NCBI RefSeq assembly: GCF_009914755.1
Contig: NC_060936.1
Reading direction: 5' to 3' (one strand)
Length of the DNA stretch: 64,000 bases
Source of the DNA: the human T2T-CHM13v2.0 reference genome, Homo sapiens
A program made the translations under genes and the position numbers. Below the pieces are notes generated by a model. That model saw only the letters and a program-made list of their open reading frames with translations. It searched no databases and had not been told where the DNA came from. Below are positions 1-17,310 of this stretch, in pieces (position 1 is the stretch's first letter; the number at the start of each line of letters is the position of its first letter).

Positions 1-40
1 GATGCTTGTGAAGAATTTGAGTTAAAAAAATTGTTTTCTA

Positions 41-273
41 ACCAAATACCACATGTTCTCACTTATAAGTGGGAGCTAAACATGGAGCATCTGTGGACAT
101 AAACATGGGAACAATGGATACTGCAGACTACTAGAGCGGGGAGGGAGGGAGGGAAGGAGGGGGATGGGGGTTGAAAAAGTACCAGTTGGGTACTAGCCTC
201 AATACCTGGGTGCAATGTACCCATGTCACAATCTGCACATATGCCCCCTGTATCTAAAATAAAAGTTGAAATT
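41..273 (+). mobile_element. L1 3' UTR end (L1PB/old L1PA-type)
   Basis: accaaataccacatgttctcacttataagtgggagctaa ... G-rich tract ... tctaaaataaaagttgaaatt, typical L1 3' terminus. Confidence 0.8.
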
Positions 274-274
274 A

Positions 275-694
<420 letters not shown>

Positions 695-969
695 CTAAAC
701 TAGTATTATAAGTACATATTTGTTTTCCCTAAAAGCTTATATAATCTGGACAACCCCAGCATTTCTGTTCACTCACTGGGACATATTTTTTTTTTAATTT
801 TTGCACTGGGAAAATTGATTCGGGCATTAGTGGTATGTACATTCCAATGTAATTCCCATTGACTTGGGCATTAGTGGTATGTATATTCATATTTTAAAAA
901 ATCTGGAGTATTTTATACATGCTCTTTGATAATCTATTTTTAAACAATACATTTTAGATTATGTTAGTA

Positions 970-1258
970 CACCTTTATGATGATCCATTTCCACTTAATG
1001 AATAGTAAATATATTTTTTCTTCCTTATGATTTTAATGTTTTCTTTTTTCTAGCTTACTTTATTGTAAGAATACAGTATCTAATACATATAACATACAAA
1101 ATATGTGTTAATCGATTGTTTATATTATCAATAGGCTTCCAGTCAATAGTAGGCTATTAGCTGTTACATTTCCAAAAACATAGTCAAACATTGTATGAGG
1201 ATTTTCAGCTGCACGGGGTGTTGGTGCTCCAACCCCTGCACCGTGCAAGGTCAATTGT
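970..1258 (+). mobile_element. Tigger2-family DNA transposon, terminal part
   Basis: ctttatgatgatccatttccacttaatgaatagtaaat ... caaggtcaattgta, matching the recalled Tigger2 end and TIR followed by TA. Confidence 0.75.
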
Positions 1259-1312
1259 ATATCTATGTCATAGTTTTTATGATCTACACAGTATAAGAAT
1301 ATCATATTGTGG

Positions 1313-1624
1313 TTTTGTTTTTGCTTTTGTTTTAAAAGACAGGGTGTTGCTGTATCACACAATCTGAAGTGTGGTGGCACCATCATAGCTCACTGTAACC
1401 CCAAACTCCTGGGCTGAAGTGATCTTCCCACTTCAGCCTCCTGAGTAGCTAGGACTACAAGGGTGTGCCACCATGCTTGGATAATTAAAAAAAAATTTTT
1501 TTAGTAGAGACAGGATCTTGCCGTGTTGCCCAGGCTGTTCTCAGACTCCTGACCTCAAGTGATCTTCCTACCTCTGCCTCCCAAAGCACTGGGATTACAG
1601 GTGTGAACCATCCATGCCTGGCCC
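1313..1624 (-). mobile_element. Alu (AluJ-type)
   Basis: Antisense diverged dimer with AluJ-like catcatagctcactg. Confidence 0.9.
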
Positions 1625-1676
1625 AAAAATTGTATACTCAAAATTATTGAATGCTTTTCTTATCTCTTTTATGTCG

Positions 1677-1721
1677 TGTGTGCATGTGTGTGTTTGTGTG
1701 TGCATGTGTGTGTGTGTGTGT
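1677..1721. repeat. (TG)n microsatellite, interrupted
   Basis: Direct read. Confidence 0.9.
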
Positions 1722-2584
1722 TTGTAAGCCACATGCTATGAAAAGCTTTCAGCATAGTCTACTGGGCCTGGAGTTCTAGCCCTGGCCTGGCTCTGCAGCT
1801 TCACATGTCATGGGCTGCCCCCACCTCCTCACTGGCTGATGTCTTTCCACTCCATGTGCTTTTCTGTCACTCCGCCTTTTTCTGTCACCCCTCCTGTCCC
1901 TGCTTCCCCTCTAGGCTGAGAGCCCCCAGGGGCCCCACTTATGCACCACTGTATCCCCAGTGCCTGCTGCAGGCCTGGCATCTGGGAGGTGCTTATTCAA
2001 TGGTTTTTGAATGAATATGTGTGAATGATGAGGCCTGAGAAAGAAAATCAGCCCCTGACATCCAGAAATGGGTCTGATGACCAGAAACAGGCCATTATCA
2101 TTGTCGCTTTATTGGAGATAAGTAACCTCACGGAACATCAACATTAGACAAGGTACTCTGAGACTGTGATAAAATGTGAAATAAAAACAAGGTTCCTGTG
2201 CAGCTTCCAAAATTCCAATATCTTTGTTCCTTGTGGAGGGCTGGGTGGCTGCTGCTTCTTTACCAGTCAGAACTTTATTCTCACTCGAGTGAGCCTCCCC
2301 TTACGTACAATGTGCTGAGACACTTAATTGTATAATTGTCCCCACATTCTGGCAGCATCCAATCACTATGGAGCCACTGCTTACTGACACCTAGCCCCAA
2401 ATGACCAACCTAAAACTGACACCCCACAGTTCCCCCATGGTGCATGCTTTTTGTCCCTGCAAGGAGTAATAAACCCAACTTGCTCCACTGCACATGTGTT
2501 CCTGGAGGGTATTGACTGGCCTCTTGAGGGGCTGCCTGGGCTCTGCCTCTGTCATCATGTAAAGATGATGGTGATCGACAACAC

Positions 2585-2810
2585 AGGGTTTTCTGTGTGC
2601 TGGGCGCTGTTTTGAGTTCCTCGCATATACTCATCTGCATTTTATCCTCACAACAGCTCTGAGGAGGGGGCACTGTTCTTATCTCTGTTTTGCAGATGGA
2701 GGAGCTGAGACACTCAAAGGATTAACCCCCTGGCCCAGGTCACCGACTTGTAAGTTGCTGAAGTGGGATTTGAACCCATGTGGTCTGGCTCCATAGTCCA
2801 CGCACTGAGC
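2585..2810 (-). mobile_element. MIR
   Basis: tcctcacaac...ttttgcagatggaggagctgag...gggatttgaaccc MIR core, antisense. Confidence 0.75.
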
Positions 2811-3332
2811 TAGGGCCTAACCAGGCTTCGAGCCTAGACAAAACACAGGTCCTGACCTGCCTTCATCCTGTGCAGGTCGTGGAGTTCATTGGAATGTGAT
2901 GGGAAGGAGGAGAAGAAGGAGAAGGTGATGGAGAGTCTCCTGGAGGCAGCTGAATTTTTGGCATGGCCGAGAAGACCTGGGGTGGACCCTTGACCCGCAT
3001 TGGGCCCACTCTTGCTTCTCTCCCGGGAACTAAGACTTAGGATTTATGAATGCTGGTCTGTCTGTGCAGGAATGGTGTGTGAGGGTATGTAAGCTAGGGA
3101 ACTGAGTGGTGACATCTGCCCTGGACACTGGGAGGACATTTGGGAAAGATGGAGCAGCAAGTAGAGAGAGAAGCAGAGATGGGGGAGCAATTCAAGGGGA
3201 GAGTGAGAAGGGAGAGAACCAAGAGGGAGAGGGAGAGGAAGATAGAGAGGGAGGCAGAAGGACAGGGTCAGGGACAGGGCTAAGAAGGAATGGAGAGAGA
3301 GAGAGGATGGAGGAAAAGAGGGAGAAAAACAG

Positions 3333-3512
3333 ACATATATATACACACACACACACATACACACACATATATACATATATGTATACATATATGTGTATAT
3401 ATACATATGTGTGTATATATATGTGTGTATACATATGTGTATATATACGTATATATACACATATATGTGTGTATATATATACACACACACAGAGCAGACA
3501 CACACACACACA
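3333..3512. repeat. (CA/TA/TG)n alternating purine-pyrimidine compound microsatellite
   Basis: Unbroken RY alternation 3333-3491, preceded by a GA-rich tract. Confidence 0.95.
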
Positions 3513-3859
3513 CAATCCATTTCTCCGGTGCCTGCATGTTAGTCCCAGTGGTTCTCTGCTCCTGCCTGGGAGAATCTACTGTCCCTTGCACCAGGGGTGG
3601 CACAGACATGGGATGGTTGGGACCTCTGGCTGGACCCTTCAGCAACCAGACCCTGGCCCACACCTGATGCTGTGGTGGATGAAGGGAATCCCAGCAACTG
3701 TTGCTCTCAGGCCCCAAAAGAAGTTGTCCAGTGGAGTCAGGAGGTTTACAGTATGTCTGGGAATACATTTTCCTCCAATCCTGTCTTGCTCTTGCCAACA
3801 ATTTCCCAGGCAAATAGTGAATTGTTTTATTTGTTTGCTTTATGTTTTGAAGAGAGGGA

Positions 3860-4075
3860 GGCAGCATGGTGATTTGTGAAGGGCTGAACTCAGACAGACC
3901 TAGGTTTAAGTTCTGGTCATCTCACTTGCTGTGTGACCTTGGACAAGTCACTTCACTTCTCTGAGCCTCTCTCCAACAACGGGGCTAATAATCCCTGCCT
4001 TATAAAGTTGTGGTGATGATTAAAAAGTGGCTGGGAATGGTAGCTCTTGGAAATAGTAGACAGTCAATAAATGTC
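3860..4075 (+). mobile_element. MIR
   Basis: gctgtgtgaccttggacaagtcacttcacttctctgagcctc core. Confidence 0.8.
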
Positions 4076-4261
4076 AGTTTTCTGCTCTTCAGTCCTTTAA
4101 AGTTACTGTACAGCAGGTCCTGGAATAATACTAAAATGTTTCATTATAATGTTGGTGAGAAAAAGAAAAATCAATTCCCAGCCAAGGCCATCATCTGGGT
4201 GCAGTCTGTACATTCTCCCCATGTGTTCATGGGTTTTCTCTGGCTCTCTGGTTTCCTCTCA

Positions 4262-4759
<498 letters not shown>

Positions 4760-4877
4760 TTAATGATTATCTTACTTGTTTTTATTAATCTTTCTTAAGT
4801 GTATGTATAGCTCACATTTATTTCAATGTTTAATACTAGAAATGTTTTGGTCTTCATTTAGAAGTTTAGTGATGTTT

Positions 4878-5229
<352 letters not shown>

Positions 5230-5574
5230 TTAATATCCATTAGCCTATGGTAACATCGGTGTTGTAGTACATTGTTTCACTTAAAGTTGCAGTTTCCAAG
5301 AATCTGTTAATGACATTAGGTGAGGACTTACCCTATTAGTAAAATTTACACTTGACAAGATTTTAAAAAATATTTTTCACTGACAAATAGAATTGTATTT
5401 ACTTGTCTGTTATTTCAATAAATTCACAGGAATGAAACTAACATCTGGCACCTATATTTTAACTTTTTAATGTTCTTACTACTGACTGTAAATGATAAAT
5501 ATAACAAGGAAATTTTTATCAACATATAAATGCTTTTCTCAAACATAGTGGGCTCTTTCTCTGGTTGATTGTGC

Positions 5575-5820
5575 TGATGAAGATGGCAGTAATGGCTTCC
5601 ATTTCTTGAGCACTCACTGTGTGCCTGTCGTGTTGGTGATGATGAAGATGGTAGTACTGGCTTCCATTTCTTGAGCACTGCTGTGTGCCTATCCTGATGG
5701 TGATGATGAAGATGCAGTAACAGCTTCCATTTCTTGAGCACTCACTACCGTGTGCCTGTCCTGATGGTGATGATGAAGATGTAGTAGTGGCTCCCATTTC
5801 TTGAGCACTACTGTGTACCT
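5575..5820. repeat. Minisatellite, ~4 copies of a ~62-65 bp unit
   Basis: Unit gatgatgaagatg..gta..ggcttccatttcttgagcact..ctgtgtgcct repeated four times. Confidence 0.9.
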
Positions 5821-8130
5821 GCTTTGCACTTTACTTGAGTTATCCCATTTGCCCTTCATAACTCTGTGAGGGGCTCCTATTGGGATCTCCTCTGCAGAAG
5901 ATGACGGGGAGAAAAGGAGGATGGACAAAGGTGAAGGGACAGCATGGTGCTCCTCCTTGCTGATCCACGTGGTTGGAATGGAGGCTGAGAGAAAAAATGG
6001 GCAGAGCCAGAAATCCCAGGACCTGGTGTTAGTGGGATGTGGGGCTCAGCTGCCCACCTGTGGCCCAGAGCAGTGGAGGATGCCTTGGCTGTGCCCTGGC
6101 ACACAGCCCTCTACCTCCCTGGCATCTGAGCACTGGGGACTGTGGCAGTGGGGTCAGTGCCCTCAGCTGGACACAGAGCAGAACTTGAGAAATATGGGCC
6201 CCTGAGCCCACAGGACCCAGAGACCCAGCACCCAGGGAGGCTTGGGTGTAGAAGAGGGACGCCCTCAGCTAGCACATGGGGGCTTGAGGTCCTGTTGACT
6301 TCTAAGGGACCTCATCTGATCTCCCCGCTGGGGACATCCAGCATGCAGGCTTCCTTCCTGGCTCCTCTGTCAACCTTTGTCCCAGCCTTCAAACTTTCTC
6401 TTCCCAATGCCATTCTGACACTTCGTCAGTTCCCCTTCTAGTCCACTAGATGCTGCTCTGCACCCACCTGAGCACCACCATTTCTAATTCCTTCGATCCT
6501 AGTTTGGTAGAGACAGGTGAGCTGGTCAGCCCTTTCCCAGGAGGCAGACTGGAGACCAGAGTGCTTACCAGGGCTCTTTGCCATACGGTAATGATTTAAA
6601 CTTCAATCACTGTAACTTGTGGAGCTCTTTTCACGGATTAGCTCCGGTAACCCCCACAGGCCCCCATGATGTATGTTCCCATCCTACATATGAGGAAATA
6701 GTATCTCAGGGAGATGATGTGACTTGCTCAGGGTTACACAGCAAATACCTGGACAGGGTGTGACTTGACAAAGCTTTTTGTCCAAGTTAAAATGCCAGAG
6801 ACATAATATTGCAATAATGCCAGTAGAAGTTGCTATTTATTAAGCTCCTACTACTGGGCGAAGCTTGCAGAATACAGAGATGAATATGACAGACCTATTC
6901 CATGGGCAGTTTGTCATGTGTCCACTCCCCTGGGAACCTCAAGGGCAGCGCCCATGTGTCCCCAGCACTGAGCACAGAGCATGCCATAGAGGAGGGTCTC
7001 AGCTAATGTTGGCTGAATCAGTGAATGAACTGCTGTAGGCTATACAATAAGCACTTTGGTCTTGGGACCCTTTTTCATCTATAAAAGGGAAGGTGGAGGA
7101 CAGATTCTCCCACTTGTCTTATCAAGGGTCCCATTTTTGGGTGTGTTGGCTTAATCACACAGGCCCATCCCTAAGGTCCCTTCTGGTTCTGCAGTGCTGC
7201 CACCTATCATTGGTGGTTTATCTTTTCCAGGAGTATTGTTTCTTTAGTTACCATTGATGTATGCCCCAGAGCCCTCTACTGCCCTGGCATCTGAGCACTG
7301 GGGGACTGGGGAGCAGGGGCAGTGCCCTTAGCTGGACATGGACAGATGGAGCATAACTCAAGATTTCTTTGGAGCCTTAAACACTGTAGGGAATATGACG
7401 AACTCTATAGATACTTCCCCCAGAAAAACACATTCATGCCTACGTTTTACATACAATTTCAGGGCTTCCTAGAGCCTAAGTTAGCATCACTACTGTAGAG
7501 GATTCTTGAAGACCATAAGATATCAAGAACGAAAGAATCATATCTCAACTGGTAGCATTATCTGTTCAATCAACACATTCTTATTGCTACTAAGTGCCAT
7601 ATATAACTTTAGCATCCAGCTCAGTTAGGAGGGAGCTTTTGGGCAGCAGGGGGTCCAGTCAATGAACTCTCAGCTCTCAGGCCACACCTGCTGATGGGGC
7701 TCCTGGTGGTTTTCATAGCTTCTCACCTCCGCGGTGCACTTGCAACTTTTTCTCCCTCCTGGTCCCTCTCTTCAGAGCCCTTTAGAGCAGGCTTATACAA
7801 AATGAGTGTGGAGAATCCTGAATTATCCCCAACTTGTAGCCTTGTTCTTTAGTACTCATGGTCAAGTTTATCCCAAAGGTTAGCAAAATCAGCTGCTCTC
7901 AGGGTTATAAGTTCAAAGCCACTCTCATCGCAACTTCCTCAACAAAATGTCAGAAATATCTTCCTCTCCACTTTTGTTAATAATAATTTTTAAAAAGCCT
8001 TGGCTGTTCATTGGGCACATAGGTATTGAGTACTTTGGGGGCAGCTGAGACTATGGGGTGAAGGAGATTATATCTTTGGATGAGGCACGGTGGATGGGGG
8101 CAGGATGAACTGATGGCTGGCTGTAAGTGT

Positions 8131-8626
8131 CAATCCATGTTTTATAGGGTTCAAAACTGCCACAGTTTTGTGGACTGCTTTAAGAAAAAAAATTGTAAAA
8201 TTTCAGTTCAAAAGTGAATAGTTATTTAGAATTAGAGGAGAAACTGCAAAAGCCATCAATTTAAGAAAACTGAGAAATGTGACTGACATCACAAAATTTG
8301 GAAAAAATAACATTTAAAATAATTGTGTGTAATGCTTTATTCCTGATTTATTTATTTTTTGCCTTCATAGTGTTTGATTACTCCTACAGATAGCACTAAT
8401 TTTATAATATTTGGTATAGAAAGAGTAAAAGTATATTACAGGTTTTCTTCCATCATGAAGGATAGAAATCTGTTCTCTATTAATCACAGTTTAGAAAAAA
8501 ATATTGGTGTCACATATAATTATTTGTAATGTCATGTTGATTTTAAGGATTGTTGTCAAATTTGGGCAAGCCCTATATCAAGATTCTTACATATGTGAAC
8601 TGTCAGATTTCTGGGGATTTTGGGTC

Positions 8627-8658
<32 letters not shown>

Positions 8659-9440
8659 GCGAGAGAGACAGAGATAACTGGTTAAACTTAAATACTCCTG
8701 GAGGTAATGACACTCATTAATCAATCTGTCACTAATATAAATATGTAAAGAGTTTTGTGTTATCTTCATTTTATGTTAAATCAGAACTTTATATAATCCT
8801 GCAATATGTTGATAAACTTTATTCTTCTTCATTAATTTGGTTATTGAACAATCTACGTGCCTAGTCTTTGATTCTATTTGAAATGTATCTCTTCCTCTTT
8901 ATGAATTTCTGCTTTTGGTATGATAGGAAAGGTTTTGTTATAACTCTCATTGTTTGGCACATTTATAATTACATACACTGTGCTATCAAGTATATTCCAA
9001 TAGAGAGAACTTCTATTTTGATTCACCTTTGATCAGATTAAAGTCTGCTTCTTGTGGTTTTATATATCCTAGCATGGGAACAAAAAATGGAGCCTCTGGT
9101 GCCACTGATTTCAAAATTCATTTCTCCTTCACTTCCCACGTGGTTCTGGTGCAAGCACTACAGGATATGTTCCCATCGTGGGATTACATCTGGCCCTGCA
9201 CCTTTGTGTTAGTTAGCTTTGTGTTAGTTAGCACCTTTCAGTTAGCTCTCTATAGAGCTGAACTGAAACAGTATCCCTGGAAGTTACTCCTACTCCAGGA
9301 TGATGAGCAATAACTTACCTATGTACTGAAGTGGCTGCTTACCGCATTGATATATCTCACAGAACCTCAACAAAGAACATCCATAACTCAGCTGTCTCAT
9401 ACCCACACAACACGGGGACAATTAACCAATGGGAAGTCAG
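8131..9440. mobile_element. Ancient hAT-Tip100 element (MER45-family-like)
   Basis: ctttaagaaaaaaaatt...aaagtgaatagttatttagaat...acatcacaaaat resembles recalled MER45B/R; extent uncertain; contains (TG)n at 8628-8653. Confidence 0.45.
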
Positions 9441-9463
9441 GATGCAAAGAAAAAGATGATTGC

Positions 9464-12427
<2,964 letters not shown>

Positions 12428-12599
12428 GTAATTGCAACTGAAATATTAAAATATATTGTTTCTATATATTGAATACATATATTTCACATACATTTTGTAT
12501 TTTAATATATATTGAAATATAGTACTTATGGAGATTAAAACAAAAACAAAAACGAATTTGGCCATGCTTTTCAAGAAATGATTCTGAGTTAATTTCCCA

Positions 12600-13835
12600 T
12601 AAGGAAATCTTCAACTCAACCTCACAGTTATATCCAAAAATCAGTTCAAGATTTACTGTGGATCTAACTATGCAAGATAGAACAATAAACTTTAAGAATA
12701 AAATAAAGGAGAATTTTTCATGACTTTAGGGGTAGGCAAAGATTATATAACTAGGTCAAAGGTGCTAACCATGGAGGAAAAATAATGGACTCTTTTAAAA
12801 CAAAGAACTCTTCATCAATAGACACCATTAAGAGTGTGAAAAGAGAAGCTACAGAGTGGAAAATGCTTCCCATAATACACAGAGCCAACAAATATCTTGT
12901 ATCTAGAAAAAAAAAAACAAGAGAAAATGGGCAAAAGATGTGAATAGGCACTTTGCAAAAGAGGATATCCACATTGCTAAAAAAAAAAAAAAAAATGAAA
13001 ACATGCACAGCTTCATCAGTTTGCAGTAAAATACAACCGACAACCCAACAAGATACTAACACATTTTCACCAGAATGACTAAAAAGAAAATTCTCAATAT
13101 CTAGTAATATCTAGTGTCACTGAGGATATGGGGGAACTGCAAATCCGTTCATTGCTGATGTTTGGATAAGTAGATACAAAACTCTGAAAAATGATATACT
13201 AAAATCTCCTAAAACTGAATACATCCACACTCTTAGACTTTACAGTGACCCCCCTGTATTGTCCCAACACCGATATGTACTTGTGTCCATGAATACACAT
13301 GATTTGGAATGTTCATAGCATCACTATTCATAACGGCTGCAGGCCTGAAACTATTCAAGTGGCCATCAACAATAGAATAAAGTGTGGTACAGTCGTTCTC
13401 TCTGTTTTGCTTTCTTAGGTTTCAGTTACCTATGGTCAGCCTTGGTCTGAAAATAGATGAGCATATCACAATAAGATATTTTGAGAAAAAGAGAAACCAC
13501 ATTCACATAACTTTTATAACAGTATACTATTATATTTGTTCTATTTTATTATTGGTTATTGTTGCTAACCTCTTACTGTGCCTAATTTCTAAATTAATGT
13601 TATCTTCGGTATATATGTATAGAAAAAAATAATATACATACAGTATGGTACTATATTGATTTCTGGGATCCCTTGGGGGCCTTGGGATGTATTCCCTCAT
13701 GGAAAAGGGAGGACTACCGTATATTTACATGGTGGAATATTACACCACTTTGAGAATGAGCAAATGATAACTGCATGAAAGAATGTGGACTAATCTCACA
13801 TAGAGGGAAAGAAACCAGACACAAAAGAGTGCCTA
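12600..13835 (+). mobile_element. Old L1M (L1ME/MD-type) 3' fragment
   Basis: Diverged L1 3' ORF2/UTR (gggtaggcaaaga, gaaaatgggcaaaagatgtgaataggcact, gaaagaaaccagacacaaaagagt). Confidence 0.7.
13390..13719 (+). mobile_element. MER44A (Tigger7-derived MITE)
   Basis: ggtttcagttacc...ccacattcacataacttttat...gggaggactaccg, flanked by TA TSD inside the old L1. Confidence 0.85.
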
Positions 13836-14507
13836 GTATTTGTCAGATAATGTGATAAGCAAATCACACACATTACCTAATTCATTCCTTGCCACAACAC
13901 CCTTAGTTACTATATGTATTCCAACTTACAGATGAGGAGGCTGAGGCCCAGAGAGTTTAGGTCTCTTGTCTATGTCCATAGCTAATAAGCTTGAGTACCT
14001 CTGAGACTTGGAGTTGCACCAAGAGACAGAACACAATGTCCTGCCGCTACCCACTGAGGTCCTCATCCCAGAGCTGGGAGGCATTTCCAAACTCTGGGGG
14101 GTTCCCACTTCCTTGAAAGTGGGAAGACGGACTTCACTGTCCCAGGGTTCAGAGGATAAATGGGGTTATCTATGTGAAAGGGCACATTTGTTTTTGGCTA
14201 AAGAACAGTGTCGTTTCCAACAGCCAGGAGAGAAAATTCTGTTCTCCAAGTATCATTCTTTTTCTGATTTCTCTTTGCTTTCTAAAATTCTGGAAGGAAA
14301 TCCAAACTTGAACATGGAGTGATTTGATGTCTGATGAAAGGGATCTTTTCATTCGGGATGGGTGGGTGCAACTGTGATGCACAACTTTTCATCAATGAGC
14401 TGTGTGTACTGAAGACTTGTGTGGTTCCAGAGGAGCGTTTCAAGGGTGGTAGCACTTCTCCCTAATTTGTTGATTATTCTTGTCTTTTGGCCTCCAGACC
14501 TCTAATC

Positions 14508-14812
14508 CAGCACTGTTCAATAGACAACATAACCTACAAATGGAAAGCACATATATAATTCTAAAATTTTTAATAACCGTATTAAAAAACAGACAACACT
14601 AATTTTAATAATTTTAATTTTATTTTACCTGGCATACTCAAAATGTTATTATTTTGATATGGAATCAATATATAAACATATTAGCAAGGAGGTATTTTAT
14701 ATTCTCTTCTTCTTAAGAAATCTTTAAAGAGTATTTTACAGTATATAGCACATCTCAGTTGAGACTTTCAAGTGGTCAGTAACTGCATGCCGGTAGTGGC
14801 TACTGAACAGCG
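14508..14812. mobile_element. MER33/MER3-type hAT-Charlie MITE
   Basis: cagcactgttcaataga ... atagcacatctcagtt ... gtagtggctactgaacagcg. Confidence 0.7.
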
Positions 14813-14879
14813 AAACTCTAATGGAATCAATTTCATACAATTCCCTAGACAAGGTCCCTTAATATACACCTAGAGGTAA

Positions 14880-15090
14880 CATTTATGGAACATCTGGTGC
14901 ATGCCAGGCAGGATGCCCGTGTCTTCTCTCATCATAACTCTAAGAAGTAAATATTATTATTCTTTCTATTTTACATACAAGGAAACTGAGACACAGACAG
15001 GCCAAGACAAACGCAAGCTCATGGAGGTTGTAAATTACAAAGTCAGAATTTAAACCCAGGCAGTCTCTCATTGCAGCTGAAGCATGTAAC
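14880..15090 (-). mobile_element. MIR
   Basis: attttacatacaaggaaactgagacacaga...gaatttaaacccaggcagtct. Confidence 0.7.
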
Positions 15091-15093
15091 CGT

Positions 15094-15146
15094 AATGGCA
15101 AAACCTGCTAGCAAAAACCTGCAAATATTTTTGCACCAACCTAATA
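15094..15146. mobile_element. MADE1 (Hsmar1 MITE) half-element
   Basis: aatggcaaaa...tttttgcaccaacctaata is the mariner TIR. Confidence 0.7.
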
Positions 15147-15446
15147 GAGTAACATATAGGACTCCTTTATAAGAATTATATAAATATTATTCAGAATTTT
15201 TTTACTATTTCAAGCATCCAGTTCCTGGTTTATTGAATAGCATTTTGGCAACAAGGTGTCTTTCTCCTAAGACTACTTATCCCAGTCACTACAAGGAGAA
15301 TATATTTTAATGCATACTGCAGGACACAATCAAGGCAAAAATCTCAAGTTCAGGCACTGAGGGTCACCTGGCACATTCTAATGAAATGCTAAATGGAGCA
15401 AGGTGCAGGTATACCCTGACTGATCCAGCAGACCTGGTACTGAAAT

Positions 15447-15551
15447 TAGGGTGACAAACCCTCCAGTTTTCCGAGGATGGAGTTTTCCCTGGCATGGGAC
15501 TTTCAGTGGTAAAGGTTCCAGACAAACTGGGACAACAAGTTGGCTTCCCTA
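15447..15551. mobile_element. MER81 (hAT-Blackjack MITE)
   Basis: tagggtgac...cccta TIRs, gggactttcagtg core, 8 bp TSD actgaaat / cttgaaat. Confidence 0.8.
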
Positions 15552-15729
15552 CTTGAAATGGTGCAGGTGGGTGAGGCCCTTGCAAAAGGCATTGCACTTG
15601 TTCACCAGCTCACCAGAGCACTATGCATGAGAACTGATTCTTTTCTGTTCTGCTTGGCAGGACCCTGAACACCTTGGCTTTCAGTTCAAATATTGGCCTT
15701 TGTCCATGTGACTGACAATCATATCGGTA

Positions 15730-16242
15730 CCATCCAGTGGACTCCTAATCTGTCTCCTCTCACTGACTGTAGCCCCTCTGACCTCTTCTCTGTCACTGCA
15801 GCAAGGGAATCTTTAAAAATGGGAGCACATCTGATCAATGAACCTCCTCAAGTGCCTGGGGCTGAAAACCTTTCAATGGTTCCCCAGTGTTCCCGAGATA
15901 AAGAGCAAGTCCCTGAACGAGCCCTAAAGGACAAGGCCTAGCTCCTGTTTGCTTCCTGAACTTCGTCTTATGCTGTGTCCCCTCTGCTTGCTCTGCTCCA
16001 GCCCCACTGGTTTTCGCTCTGGCCTCAGACGTGTTTGTCTCCCTTCAGCCACAGAACCTTTGCTCATGCTCTTCCTAATGCCTGGAAGATTCTTCCTGCC
16101 TCTGTCCCATTAACTGATGCCTATTTATTCTTCAGATCTCAGCTCACAAGTGGCTTCCTTGGGAAAAACTTCCCTGACCTCCTAGTCCACATAACAGCCA
16201 CCTCACAGCATGCCCCCACCTCCCCTTCATAGCTCACAAGTT

Positions 16243-16273
<31 letters not shown>

Positions 16274-16415
16274 ATTTGATTCATTCTCATCTCCGCCAGC
16301 AGAGTGTAAACTCCTTGAGGGAGTAGCTCTGCCTCTTTTGCTTCACCTTGTATTTCCAGCACCTAGAACAAGGCTTTGCACAAAGTAGATGTTCAATAAG
16401 CATTTGTTTTTGGAG
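15730..16415 (+). mobile_element. L2 3' fragment with internal (TG)n
   Basis: cctttgctcatgctcttcctaatgcctggaa...cagcacctagaacaaggctttgcacaaagtagatgttcaataa. Confidence 0.75.
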
Positions 16416-16645
16416 TAAATGATGCATAGTAAGTGTTCAAGGTATATTTGGATTTTTTTTTTTTTTTGGAGTGGGGCAGAAACATTGCTAAGAATAGAAA
16501 GTTACCAACCTAATTCTTGTTGGATTAGTAGTGAATTTCCACCAAGCTCAGCACTATATCTTGATCATCAGGAGAAATGCTCTAGATCTTGGATTTTGAG
16601 GGCCTAGGGGGTGGGAGGAAAAGACATAGGATAGCAATTTAAAAA

Positions 16646-17310
<665 letters not shown>

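Noticed and set aside
822-890. Repeat of gggcattagtggtatgta about 44 bp apart
   Set aside because: Ordinary short local duplication; same for the 15 bp tandem at ~9203-9232
3044-3879. Overlapping 107-257 aa ORFs
   Set aside because: They stay open only because GA-rich and (CA/TA)n repeats lack stops; low-complexity products
5575-5820. CRISPR-like repeat array
   Set aside because: Whole units are homologous with no unique spacers; eukaryotic context; no cas genes
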